A DNA stretch of 64,000 nucleotides from Spizellomyces punctatus DAOM BR117 (lineage: Eukaryota), in NCBI GenBank assembly GCA_000182565.2, contig KQ257468.1; one strand, given 5' to 3'. The notes below the pieces were generated by a model. That model was given only the letters and a program-made list of their open reading frames with translations. It searched no databases and had not been told where the DNA came from. Shown in pieces: positions 27,301 through 43,000 of the stretch (within the stretch, counting starts at the first letter, position 1; the number at the start of each line of letters is the position of its first letter). The position numbers were made by a program, and so were the translations under genes.

Positions 27301-30300
27301 TCGATGTGAATCTTTGTGATGTTCATATCCTGGTTTGTTTTCGGTTTTACCAAAAAGCATTAGCAGACGCGTTTAGAAACCAGTTAAACAAGACCGTGCA
27401 CCGGCGTCTGTTTTTCACTTTTTGGCGCACCGCGGTTCAACGACGGGTACAGATAGGCATTAACGNNNNNNNNNNNNNNNNNNNNNNNNNNNNNNNNNNN
27501 NNNNNNNNNNNNNNNNNNNNNNNNNNNNNNNNNNNNNNNNNNNNNNNNNNNNNNNNNNNNNNNNNGGTGTGGTCGTTGGTGGTGCGGTCCCGAAAATTGC
27601 AACAGAAGGCAAGTATGGATTGACGTGTTTCTTGTGGTTGGATGCTAAATGTGGCGCGTCTAACTATAGGAGCTGAGTTTTCGTGAGCGGGTTTGTCATC
27701 GCATAGTTGCGGAAGCGTTTATGGAGTGGCGGGGTGTTTATATGGTAACTGATTATCTTGACGTGTACGTTTTGATGGTGTGCTAAAACGACCATGTGCA
27801 GAATATGGTTTCTCAACGTTGGTGTCGACGAAAAGTCCTTTCGAAATGCTGGACAGTGTGGCAGTACACCTGTTGGAACCGGGCTCGTGATCGGCTTGCA
27901 ATGCGGTTGTACCATCAGAGGGTGTATCGTCTTGCTTTTCGTCGTTGGCTGTGGAAGTCGTGGGGGGAACTTGTTCCGGATGTGTTACAGTGAGTGTGGA
28001 TGGTGTTTGTCGTGTGCTATATCGTTTTTGTTGAAAGTTTTGCCATTTTTGGTAGGTGGGTTGTGCAAGTTGGAAATGTGGGGAGTGGGATCCGGATTTC
28101 GGTGCATGCAATGTTTATGTCCCATTTTGTTCGAGTTCAGGTTGGATGATTTGTGTGTGCGTGTTTTGAGTATTATCCACATGATATTGATATGTGTTGT
28201 TTTTTTTTTTTTTTTGCAAGATTCCTCGAAACTTGGTTGCCTACCAAAAGCTCGACACGTACAGTCGGATCCTCGCGACAACCACGGTACATGCCCCGCT
28301 TGACGGTCCGATTAGCATGCCGTCGACCCAAAGCAACCCGAACCTATCATCAGAAACACCCGCTCTCCACACACTGGTCCAAACCCGACGAAAACAATAC
28401 GAAACAGCTCAATCCACGCATACCACTACAGTTCTCACCCGATATTTCACACGCTGGCATGCCCAATTGTGTCGTCAGACCCTCCACACCCACATGCTCG
28501 ACACGTTCACATTCGTCCACCGTACACGGATAGCAAGACGGTATACAATGTACTGGCGACGAGCGGTGTGTACTGTTCACGAGCAATTGAACCACGCGGA
28601 TATGATTTACGCGTGGAATTTATTGAATCGCGTGTGTGGGGCGTGGAAGATGCGTGTGCTGGCACGATTGGAACAGGGTGTTGATGCCGGTGGGGTGTAC
28701 CGAATGGGATTGGTAAAGAGGGCATGGACACGTTGGAAGGTTGCACTTGAGAAACGACGTCAAGTGAGGCGGGAAAAGGAGGTGGAGGTTTTGGCGGGGC
28801 GGGTTTATCGTCGCAAGGTGCTTGAGCGGGCGTTTAGGGGTTTGCTATCTACAAGTAGAGACAAGAGGGGATTATTGAACGCAGCTGAGATGAAATGGGA
28901 TGAATATTGTCTTGAACGGAGGTTCCGGGTTTGGCGTGCCAAGACCCTGATGCGATCCATCCAGCGTCGAAATTTAGAGTACGCCATGACACGGTGGAGA
29001 ATACTTGGATTACGGACCTTGTTTAAAACTTGGTATCGATCCAGTAACCATTATGGCCTTGCACGCCAATTTGGGATTTACCGACATCAAAAGGTTTTGG
29101 TACGTGGATTCCAGCAATGGCGAAAACGGGTCAAGAGGAAACGGGGGTACAAGTGTAAGATTGTTGCTGTAAAGAGGTTGATGCGGCTTATGCTTTTGGC
29201 GCGGTGTAAGAGGATTTTACAAGGTTTCTTTATTTGAATTGCATTGTTTATTTCGTTCATGAACATGTATTGATTATTTTTTTTGTGTGTTTTTTTTAGC
29301 TTGGCATCTATACGCACACGAAAAACGCAGTCTCCAAACCCTTCAAACCACCTTCTCTAGTACAACACACCAAAAGTATCTCGTCCACGCCTTTCAAACA
29401 TGGCATCAAAACACGCTTGTCCGTGTACACCAACGTGTTGTACAACAGCGAGTATTGGGACGATTGTGGAGACAATGGCGATGGGGTGTTGTTTCTCGTT
29501 GTGTATGGTACCGTTTTGTTTCTTGATTTTGTAAATTGGTTATTGATGGTGGGATATTCATTTAGAATACGCGACAAGAGTTGTTTGAATTATTCATGAC
29601 AAATCGGCGTGAACGGGGTACGAGGTTTTTATTTGGGGTTTGGAAAGGGCGGATCAAGAGTATCGAATTGGAGAGGGCGTTGAGTGTGGTATTGTCTTTA
29701 TGTTTTTTGCGTACATGAACATTTTTTTGTGGGGCCATTGATTGATTTTGGGGGGTTTTTTTTGGTTTAGGTGATTTCAGACACGAGACGCAGGACTTGT
29801 AACCGATTATTTAGCGTTTGGAAAATAAAGTGGATACGCGTCGAAGGTAAAACACATCTCATTATCCTACCAAAACTTTTAATCTCACTCAAAGTTCTCG
29901 TAGAGGGGTATCAAGTTGCAGACCACCTAAACGCCATCACCAAGCTCCGTCGTGCATTCATCATATGGAAACGGCAATGGAGGATGAAGGAGTTGGAAGG
30001 GGTGTACCGGGTTGTACGGAAAGTAAGTGAGGAGGGGTTGGTGAGGAGGGTTTGGGTGGGGTGGATAGGCAAGATGCGATTACGACGACAAGTACGACAA
30101 GAACAAGAACGACAACGACGAAAAGAACAACGAAAAGATTCAATGGAACACATTCAAAAAACCAACAAAAAAACCCTTCAAAAATACTTGCATAAATGGA
30201 TGAAAGCGACACAAGGCGCTCGATTCGATACGGCTCGAAAACTCGTATTTGCTAAAACGTGGGCAGACAAAAAGTTGGTGGGAAATGTTCTAAGTGCATG

Positions 30301-30322
30301 GCGTCACATCATTCATCAATAA
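24356..30322 (+). CDS. SFI1: SFI1-like centrin-binding repeat protein, many exons, spans the assembly gap
   Basis: Dozens of basic helical repeats of the form (L)xxxFxxW (e.g. RRTFLRWFHH, LRRAFIIWKRQ, ERRFRVWRAK) across many short exons. Confidence 0.7.
27466..27565. other. Assembly gap (100 N)
   Basis: Run of N. Confidence 1.
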
Positions 30323-30386
30323 AGGTCGTTAAAAAGAGAAATTCATACGATTTCATTTATATATATATACATTTATATTTCCAAAT

Positions 30387-33277
<2,891 letters not shown>

Positions 33278-34005
33278 TTGTGTGTTTTGTTGGCTTTTTC
33301 TGTGTGTGTGTCGTTGGGTTGAGTGGGATGGTCGTCTGAAATATTTATATGTGGAGAAACTGGGGTAAAGAGTCGGAGAAAGAGGGGGTCAAAATGTGCG
33401 TGTCCAGGATCTTCGGACAGGTCACGTGGCTTACTTGCCCCCGCTCCAACTTGTACTGGTCGTGACAGAAGGTTCGACCTGAACGCCAAGTGATGAAAGG
33501 AAGGGCATATAAAGTGCAAAACAAAATACATTTAAATTACTGGCTGAAACTTGCTGGTGGATCGCAGTATCTCACATTCAAACAAAGTGTGGTTACTGAC
33601 TTTTGCCAAGTGATTGAATAAGAAAACACTTGGCAAAACTCATGTGCTGCTAAAAGGCCCTACAAGAACAAAAATGAATAAAGGCTCATGAATCAACTCT
33701 CAAAATACACAGCCAAACCGAGTCAACGAAAAAACAAAACACAACTAAACCAAAAGCAAGAACCAGTTTCTGTTTTACTTTTATATTTTCAAAAACTTTT
33801 CCCCTCACACACACAGAATATATGTACAGTTTTACAGGATGTAACAACAAAAAAAAGGCACTATCCAAAAGGTATCAATACAAAAAAAAAAAAAGAAATG
33901 TCACCTTGATTGCCAATGTCCCCCGATCAACAACAACAAAAAAAACTCTGACCACCCATCTCTCTATTCACAGAAAATGTATTCAACAAGCGCGGAACCG
34001 CATGT

Positions 34006-36757
34006 TTAACGCGCCGGAACCATGGGAGCATGTCCCCGTTTCCAATCCGATTCCGACAGCGAGTCTTCCATGCCATTCCAGGGGAACCCGGTCGATCGAA
34101 GGGGCCGGGTGCCCATACTCCGACTGCGAGGTCGGCTGCTTTCGACGGGCGGTGAAAAGAGGGAAGGTGGAAAGTAGGCCATGAGGTTATAGGCGCTCAA
34201 CATGGAGAGGGACAAGGATTCCTCGTCATCGAGTGTATGCGTCAGGCCCTTTTCTCGGCTGGCTTCCTGCTGGATGCGCCGTTTAAACCAGAGTCGCCAT
34301 GAACTGTTTTCAATGCGTCGCTGAATGACATCGGCCGAACGCATCTTTGTGTATCGTTTCCATGTTTTGACAACGTCATTCTTTTTGTGCGAGATTTCAT
34401 CAATCATTTCCGTTGACCGGTGGTCCTCGAGGGCGACGAGTATCTCATTCTTGACCGTGGTCGACTCTTTGGTGGGGTCCATCCAGTCGGGTTTCGCGTA
34501 CGCCACGTCTCGCGATGCCTTGAGGGAGGCTTCTGCGCCAATGGAGATGCTGGCAGAGCGGCGTAGGTGGCCCATTCGATCCGGAGTGGGTCGATTACGC
34601 ATGCGGTTCATGAGGACGACGCCGTAGCGCGTTTGAGGGTGCTCTTGCAACCGTACTTGCTTTTCCTTTGCCGGTGCAAAGTTCTGGGAAAAAATGAGAA
34701 AGCGGTTATTAGCAAGTGTGACAAGGACCGCGGGGAGGGAGAGCCTTCCAACAACCAATTAGCGCAGATATTTGGCAAAAGTGCACTCTACTGCTGGCAC
34801 ACGAGTAGATTTGCACGGCTCATAGCGCGCCCCCTCACCACCGCTCATAGCGAGTACCTCCCAACGCACCTTGAAATACCCATCCCAGCTCAAATTCTTC
34901 AAGTGCGCAACAGCCGAAATCTCCGCCTTGACCTCATTCGCAAACTCCACCGCCGACTGACCAGGCTTTCTCGTTCTCGGCGGCAAATACCACACATCCG
35001 CCACCAACCCCCACCGCGTCATAAGATACAAGAGGTGCTTGGTAAAGGTTTGAGTTTTACTGTGCCAATAAGCGTCTGCCCAGCGTTTGTTGTATTTGAT
35101 GGCGACGGGGGCGACGGCGGCGTCGAGGTCAAAGGCGCCCTTGTGGAAGAGAACCGTGTATTCGTTGTTGACGCAGGTGCCTTCGGGGAAGATGAGGAGG
35201 GGGACGTTTTTGGGGTTTTGGACGTGTTGGCGCATTCTACAAAATTGTATCAGTTAACGAGTGTCGAGATCAGGGGGACACTCTGCAGACGAGCTGTTTC
35301 GGCGTCTGGTAAGGTGTGGGTCGAACAACTGCCTTCAACCCCCAGCTTTCAAGCTCCAGCCCATGCCAGAGGGTGTGCGACGCGAACGACGACGAGCAGC
35401 TCCTTTTTTCATGGCAAAAGCCCATTTCGCAATTTTGCCACACAAGCATCACTCGTAGCGTTGCCTCTTTCATCTGCTCGTCGGACCCACCCCTGTACTG
35501 TCGTTTGTATGTAACACTGAAGAGATACTTACTTTTCGGCCAAAACACTCCGATCATTCTTTTCATTCCGATTAAACATGAGCGATCCATTCAACGTGAG
35601 CACCTTGTCCTCAAAGTACCCAATCACCCCACCATGCTTTTGAGCCACGGTCGCATGAGGAAAGTCATGGGCACTGAGCACGAGGTAGTCAATCACGGAT
35701 GTGTGATTAGCGACAAAAATGTGGGGTTCAGACACTTGAGGCTTTTTGCCGTGGTAGCGGATGCGACTTCCCCAGGAGAGAAGAAAGGCCTTGCAGTAGA
35801 ATTTAAACAGCCAGCGCTAGTGGGAATGAAATGGAAAGTGAGTATGAGTGGAACGTGCGAGTGCGAGTAAAACGAGCCTGAGCGCGAGAACCGCGCCATC
35901 AAAGCCCTCACCAACAGGGTAGACACAGTGGCGACAGCCATGCTAAAAGCAAGTGCGAGGTGCGAGTGCGAGTGCACCAGCATAAGCGCCTCCTCTTGTC
36001 TGAATTCTGCCAGCTCTCTCTAATAATTTGAGCGCAAAGCGCTCGTGCGCTCGCCACCGCTCGTTCGCTAACGCTAAAACCTTGTCTCTCCCTCCCTCCC
36101 TCTAAGATTCTGAGCGCAAAGCGCTCATTGAGCTGGCTCCGCCAGCTCGTTAGTTGCCATTGCTTGCGTTCGCTTGCGCTCACAAGTGCTCAATCCTCCC
36201 TCCCTCGCAATGGCTCGCTTGCGCTCGCGCTTGTTTGCTAACGCTAAAACCTGTACAGTCTCCCTCGCAATGGCTCGCTTGCGCTCGCCATTGCTATCGC
36301 TCGCCATTTGCTCGGTCCAACTCACCTGCCAGTGTTCATTCTCAAAATGCAAGACAATGGGCAACCCAACAAAAAACACAATGGTGGCAGCGAGGAGCAA
36401 GACCAAACGATAGGGAAACAAGAGACAGTAGCGCACGACCCAGCCCATCCAGTACAGAGGGCCTAGTAGAATTGTTTTGGGAGAGAATCTCCGTCGAGGT
36501 CTCTGAGTAAAGCATTTTGAGAATTCGTCCTGAGCGATAGCTTGGGCAGCGTAACCAATGAAAGCGAGACCGTCCTGAAGGGCAAATGAGCCCTTTCCCG
36601 TAGTGCTTGTGGGAGTGTGGAGTTTAGACTCGAATCCAGGCAGTACGTCTGAAACCAGTCTCTTGCGAAGAGGAGTGGGAGATGTGGTGTGCCTGCGACT
36701 CATGCTGTCTGAGGAAAGAGATGAGAGTGACGAGTAAGAGTGTGCATATGGAGGCAT
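34006..36757 (-). CDS. Glycerol-3-phosphate acyltransferase, GPAT3/4-GPAT9 type, with C-terminal DUF1752-like extension; 4 exons
   Basis: Exons ~36757-36326, 35816-35533, 35237-34870 and 34683-34006. Motifs VANHTSVIDY, FNRNE, IFPEGTCVNN, PVAIKY and LSWDGYFK. The tail contains RRIENSSWRLW. Confidence 0.85.
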
Positions 36758-36859
36758 GTCACGCAAGTGTGTGAGTAGAATGAGAATGAGACAAGAGAGT
36801 GTGAAAATAAAAAGAAGCGGTGAATATACTAAGCCAACAAACAACAAAAGATAAAAACG

Positions 36860-36886
36860 CGTGTGTGTGCGTAGTTTGTTTGAATC

Positions 36887-36921
<35 letters not shown>

Positions 36922-37008
36922 ATGATCGATTTGAAATAAAACAAGAGAGAGTGACTATGAGGGAATGAAATCTACATGTAATATTCTTATTCTTTCTTTG
37001 TAATCATT

Positions 37009-37061
<53 letters not shown>

Positions 37062-37150
37062 TGAGAATGTGTGCAAAGTGTAAATATGTAATCTCTTCTC
37101 TCTCTCTCTCTAACATTATATATGAGAGTGATATTCCCTCTTCTTCTTCT

Positions 37151-37185
<35 letters not shown>
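36860..37185. repeat. Microsatellite cluster (GA)n, (CT)n(GT)n, (CTT)n(CT)n in a divergent promoter
   Basis: Direct reading at ~36889-36917, 37008-37055 and 37138-37183. Confidence 0.92.
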
Positions 37186-37186
<1 letters not shown>

Positions 37187-37359
37187 TACAATCTCACTCT
37201 CTCCTTCCCAAAAGGTGACTGCGCACACGTGTACTCACATTTATCACGTGATTATCCATATTGAGTTTAATGGATTTTTATTCTTTTTTATTCTCACTCA
37301 CACACACACATTGGCGTTTTTTATTCTCCTAGTAGATTGTCATTTGGGAACTCGCTACA

Positions 37360-39622
37360 ATGACTGTACAAGTAGACACATTTCCCCCTACAGTCAAGGC
37401 TGGAGGCATTGATAATGCTGCTATAGTCCGTGTTCCAGAGTCTGACGAGTATTCGTATCTCACAAACAGTGACGTGCATCCAGAACCAGCAATGCAGGGT
37501 TTGATTAGTTTGGTTCTAGAACAAGGAGGAAAAGTAACGCTCAGAGGGCCTATCGGTGAGAAGAGTATTGTGGAATTGGATAGTGGAAAAGAGTTTGTCT
37601 ATGGAATAGTTGCAAAACAGTACAAGGTGTTTGACGACGAACAAGATTTTGATGGATGTTGGAAGGGATCGCTTCAGTTTTCCAAATTTAGGTGAGTGTT
37701 AGCGTTAGGGTTAGGGTTAGGTTAGGATTAGGTTTCGGGTTAGGTTTAGAGTTAGCGTTCGGGCTTTAGGGTTAGGTTAGGGTCATGGTTGGATTCGGGT
37801 TTGGGATGGGACATGACTCGCTGGCGCTCGTCATATGTCGCTGCGCGTCAACGGTCTTGGATTTGGGGTTAGGGACATGACTCGCTGACGCTTGTCATGT
37901 AGCTACGCGAGGAACCGGGCAATGCAACTGTCGTTGCGCGTGAAATGCTTTGGATGTGGGGCAAGGCCATGACTCGCGGTCGCTCGTCATGACGCTCGTC
38001 ATATCGCTCGCGTCACGTAGCTATGGCGTGTGCCTGCCGGGGGCTGCCGAGGGCATTCGTTGTGATGAGAGGGTGCCTCTGTGCAACTCACTGCCGTTCG
38101 TTGCACTTTTGTTGCACACACGCACTCACAACCACTCTCTCGCAGATGGGCGCTAAAGTCACTCGAACCCGCAACAGAGGAGGAATTTGAAAAGGCACAA
38201 GAGCAAGTGGCCCCGGTCCCCGACAAGGCGGACGGCGAGCAGCTCTACAACAAGGGTCTCGCCGCCATCAAGGCGGGCAATCACGAGGAAGCCATCTCCA
38301 TCTTGACTCTGGCCTTGACAACGTGCGAAATTGATGAGGAGGCAGAGGACGACGACAATGACGATCCCCATGCTTCCCTCCGCTTGCAAATTCTGACTGC
38401 CCGTGCTCAAGCCTCCAACGCCCTCGGTGCGTGGCGTGCCGCCGTTCGTGACGGTGAGCTCGTCGAGCGCATCTACGGTCGCCCTGTTGACGCCCTCAAC
38501 AGCCTCAAACCCGCCGATGCCGGTGTCTACTTTCATTCCATCCTCGCCTCGGCAAAGGCAAACGAGGCGCTCGGCAACCTCGTCGCCGCCGGATCAGGGT
38601 ACATGGCCATCATGATCCTCAACATGATCAAGGAGCAGGCTGCTGAATTGTCAACAGAGGGCCAAGAGGTCCCTGAACCCGTGCCTGCCGACGTGGCAGA
38701 CAGTCTCATCCAACAAGCCTCGGCTGCCCTCGAGAAACTCGAGCAAGGCCCAAACACCACCACAATCTTCACACTCAAAATATCCCTATTGGGCATCGAA
38801 CCCCCTGTTTGGCGAACCATTAAAGTCACCGCCAACACGACCCTCGGTGAGCTGCGCGAGTACATTATCATGGCCTTTGGCTGGTGTGGCACGCCCAATG
38901 TGCACGAGTTTGAAATCTATGATCACGGTGTCGTCCGCTTCACCACTATCCCTGACGACTTTGTCATTCCCGACGATCAAGACGACGAATACGATGAGCG
39001 CCACGAAATTTGTGAAGACGAAGAGGCCACCACGGTCGGTTTGGCCGTGTCGCAGGTTGGCGACACCTTTACCTTTATTTACGAAAAGGGCGACTGGGTC
39101 CACCAAATTGTCGTGGAGGAGGTGTCGGAACAAGTGTTGCCAGATGCTTGTTGCGGCCATGATGAGGAGGGAGACCACGAGCACAACCACCAACCCGAAT
39201 TCCCCAAAATCATTGCCGGCGCCCGTGCCTGTCCCCCCGACTCTGTCGGCGGCCCGGCCGGTTACAAGGAGTTTTTGCTGGCCGTTAATGGCACCCCTTC
39301 TGAAAAGTTTGCAACGCGCCTCGATGCTCTCAACTTTGCCGCCGAAAACGTGGGACTTTCCAACAGTGCCCTCGACTCTTGGGGCGGCGCTACCAAGCGC
39401 CCCATTGAAGATATGCTCGCTGGCTTAACCTTGGAGGACGACGAAGAAGAGAACGCTACCGACGACACACCCAAGGATGTCAACAAGGGTGGATGGGACC
39501 CTGAAGCGTTCCAGTTGGAGGAAGTAGGCAAAGCCCTGGGCGCCATTGCAGCCATGATGGAGCAAGGGGATGATGACGACGAGTGGGAGGATGAAGAGGA
39601 CGATGAAGAGGAGGATATCTAG
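37360..39622 (+). CDS. TPR-like plus plasmid pRiA4b ORF-3-like (MM3350-like) domain protein with acidic tail; exons 37360-37691 and 38146-39622
   Basis: Splice AG|GTGAGT...CGCAG|ATGG keeps frame. TPR-like LYNKGLAAIKAGNHEEAISILTLAL. pRiA4b-type LKISLLGIEPPVWRTIKV...AFGW...HEF, DWVHQIVVE, GARACPPDSVGG, WDPEAF. Confidence 0.78.
37698..37783 (+). repeat. Degenerate interstitial telomeric repeat (TTAGGG-like) inside an intron
   Basis: GTTAGCGTTAGGGTTAGGGTTAGGTTAGGATTAGG...TTTAGGGTTAGGTTAGGG. Confidence 0.85.
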
Positions 39623-40091
39623 ATTTATTTTTTCTTGTCTTTTCGTTTTTGTTTTTGTGTGTGTGTGATATACATGTGGATACAAGGACCTCGTATATGA
39701 TTTTTTAGATCTGTCAATATATATTTTCGATGACTTTTTGTAATCTTTGCGTCTTTGGACCACGAACTCTGACCCCTTTGAACCTCGAGCAAATCATGTA
39801 TAGGCAAGGGGTAACGCACCTTGCAAAGGCACTATTGGATAGGATAAAAAAACAATGAATCACAATAGGTTCCCGTCATTTTGGACATGATAAAGGATGG
39901 GCATTGGGCATTGCACAGCTGGTCATAACGTACAGGTATTTGCCAAAGTCAAAGGGTGAGTAGCAAGGTTGGTTTGCCCGATGTCTACACGTGATCAAGA
40001 TGACAATGCTCTCCCTTCTCGCACTCGTCCACTTTTTGTCCTCCACAATTACATTACAGAACCTTCAGTGCCATGTCCCCCCGCAACAATA

Positions 40092-43000
40092 ATGTCCAGT
40101 ATTCAACTCCCCTCTCAACAAGTCACCACTCTCATCCAATCCTTTATCCAGTCCCCCAAAAGCACTCCAATCGCTCCCCTCCTAACACACCCAACCGTCC
40201 CCGACGCACTCATCACGATTCTAACCCCTCTCTTGCAATCCCATTTAGCAGCCGACCAGATCCGTGCTGTGGAAGCCATAACAGAGGTATTACGACATGC
40301 ACAAGATGACATGTTCAGTGTGCTCTGTCGGTTGGCGTTTCAAAAGCTGGCGTTCATGGATATCCAAGATGGAGGGTCGGTGTCGTTGGCGGGGTACACC
40401 CACTGGCTCCGTATAGTAGAAGACATGATCATATCCCAAACACCTATGCAAGGAATGGTATGCGGGTTCCTCATGTTGAATTACCTTGCACGGTATGCAG
40501 CCATGCCAGACAAGAATCCGCGGGCATCCAAAACGCTTGCACCAGTGGAATTACGATTGGTGCAGCGCATTGCGGAGGGGAACAAGACGGTTTTGTTGTG
40601 TCCTATGGGAATGATTGGGGCCCATGTTTTTGCCATGTTTTGTCAGGATGCGCGGCCGGTGGGGAATTGGGGACCTGTGGATAATGTTCAGCAGGTGTGT
40701 TGTGTTTTTACATTGTGTTGGTTGTCCAAGAATGGGCACATGTGTGGTAGAGTATTCACTCTAGTGATTTTTCAAAATAGTTTTTTAATCTCTTTTTCAA
40801 TGTGGGGACGCTACCTCTTCCTCCGCCAAGCAGCGATCCCATTGTGGTCTTGGATGAGGAATCCGTTCGCGAGTGGAGGGAAACACTGTTATCGTACAGC
40901 ATATCGGACATTGAGGGAAAAGTATACTTTACGCCGTCGTGTTTGGCGCGGGATGTGCTGTTTACCGATTTGGTGTTTACAAACCGGACGAGAATCCAAC
41001 TACGGTATGAGAACGGTCAAGCGTTTTTTGAAAAGACGTGTACATCAAGTACCGAACATCCTATCCATGACCATTATGACTGGCTCTGTACCTTGTCGAG
41101 ACGACTTGTATTGAGTGATGATGCGCGGGATGCGTTTGCGGGGCGGTTGGCCATGTACTGTGCGATCCTCCAAGATGCCTTTATCCCATACCTCTACCCT
41201 ACTTGCTGTAAACCAAATGTCATAACGCGGACGGGTGTACACCGATACGCATGTGATCCCGGGAACCCCAATATCAAATCTCGTGTACACGATCTGGCCA
41301 TGCAAGAGTTTTCGAGTGTGATGGATACTTTTTCCCAAGGGTGTGGACCTCTTGTTCAAACGCTTCGTGCATACGTCCGTGCGACTCGACCGCATCAGGT
41401 ATGGAGCTCGTGTACGCAGACAACGTGGAAATGCCTTGGAAAACAGTTTAGAGAATGGAAGGGGGCGCCAAGCGAGTGTCCGCTTGTTGTTGCCTATAAC
41501 GAGACTACCGCGATGGGTACCACGGATGGGCCGTATGCGATTCCGTGGCATGTGTATTTCCTGAACGCCGGTATTGGGTCACTTGATGCCCAAATGTTTG
41601 TCACGTTGTGCAAGGACGAGATCCGGGCGTTGCGTCTCCTCGAAGCATTGCAAGTTCTCTGTGAGCGCGACAAGATACATGTGGACGCTGCAGAACAAAT
41701 GATGCAACTGATTCCCAAACAACACTCATCACCTTTTGACACTGACAAACAGGACATTATACATGTGGCCACGACCATGATGACGAAACTATTGGACACG
41801 CATGCAGACCGATTCCGCCATCTCGCACCCTACTGGAAACCCACCAACACCCTTCCCACACGTAAACGCAAACGAGGTATTCCAGATGACGGTTCAAAGG
41901 CACCCATTAAAGGCAACCCTTTCAGCACGAGTGGAATCCTATCCACGCCTCCCAAGGACCCATCCATCCGAACCAAACTCTTGACCACAGCGGTGCAAGT
42001 CTGGACCCAAGCCGTACATACCATGACACCAGAATCCATTACCTACTACCTCACACCGCTCTGTAGTGGGCGGTACCCAGGCAAAGAAAAGTACATGCTC
42101 GACCTTGTACTAGTGAAATTCATTGAAACGCATCCAATCCACGCGCCCACCATCCTTCGTTTACTATTATCCCAGCTGAAACCGGATACATACCATCGTC
42201 ACGAGTCACCGTTTTATGCCTTGGTGGAAGGACTCCAAACCATGGATGATCAAATCCGTATCGTTATATTAAAAGGATTTGCAACTGTTATTGACCATTG
42301 GACACGGTTTTGGATAGATTGTTTGAACGTGGTTTCAAAGCGGGTCAAAAACAGTGTATGGGAATGGGTCATGGTCCAAGTGGACTATCAACTTGGGATT
42401 CAAAAAGGAGAGACGAGGATGGATGCTGTGGGATTGGTCAAGAGAACGTGTGCTGCTGGCTATAGTGGGTTATTACCGTTTTTGCTTGGGAATCAACAAG
42501 GGCTTTCCAAAAGGGTTTTGGTTGATGGAATGGATGAGGTCGTTCTTGGAGTCTTTGGAGGAAAGTGCTTAAAGGATTCTCTCGAGTTTTTGGTAAAGGT
42601 GCTTTCGGCGGATGGGACTGTGAATGGAGAGGAGAGCATGAAGGTTCTTGAGAGGGTATGTATACCATCTCGGATCTTTGGAAACGAATGTCTAAAAAAC
42701 GAACCCAAATACTGATGATGCTGTTTGTACTAGTTGTTTCAAATATTGGAAACAAAAAAATCTGGGGAATGGTTTGAAGAGTACTGGGTTGAACCCATCC
42801 TAGAGGCAAGTATTTTCATATCACTTTTTTTACATCAGTCCTAGCACATGCTAAATCTCAACGATACAGAGCATCCTATCAAGTCCGTACACTCAATCCA
42901 CAGGCCACCTCCTCGCATTCCAGCTTTTGCGACACCATCCTCGCCTCTTCATACCCCACACACCCCAAACCGGCCTCGCGAAATGGGTGACAACACTCGA

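Noticed and set aside
34567-35514. 315-aa plus-strand ORF and many other short overlapping ORFs
   Set aside because: Antisense or shadow frames of real spliced genes or microsatellite translations.
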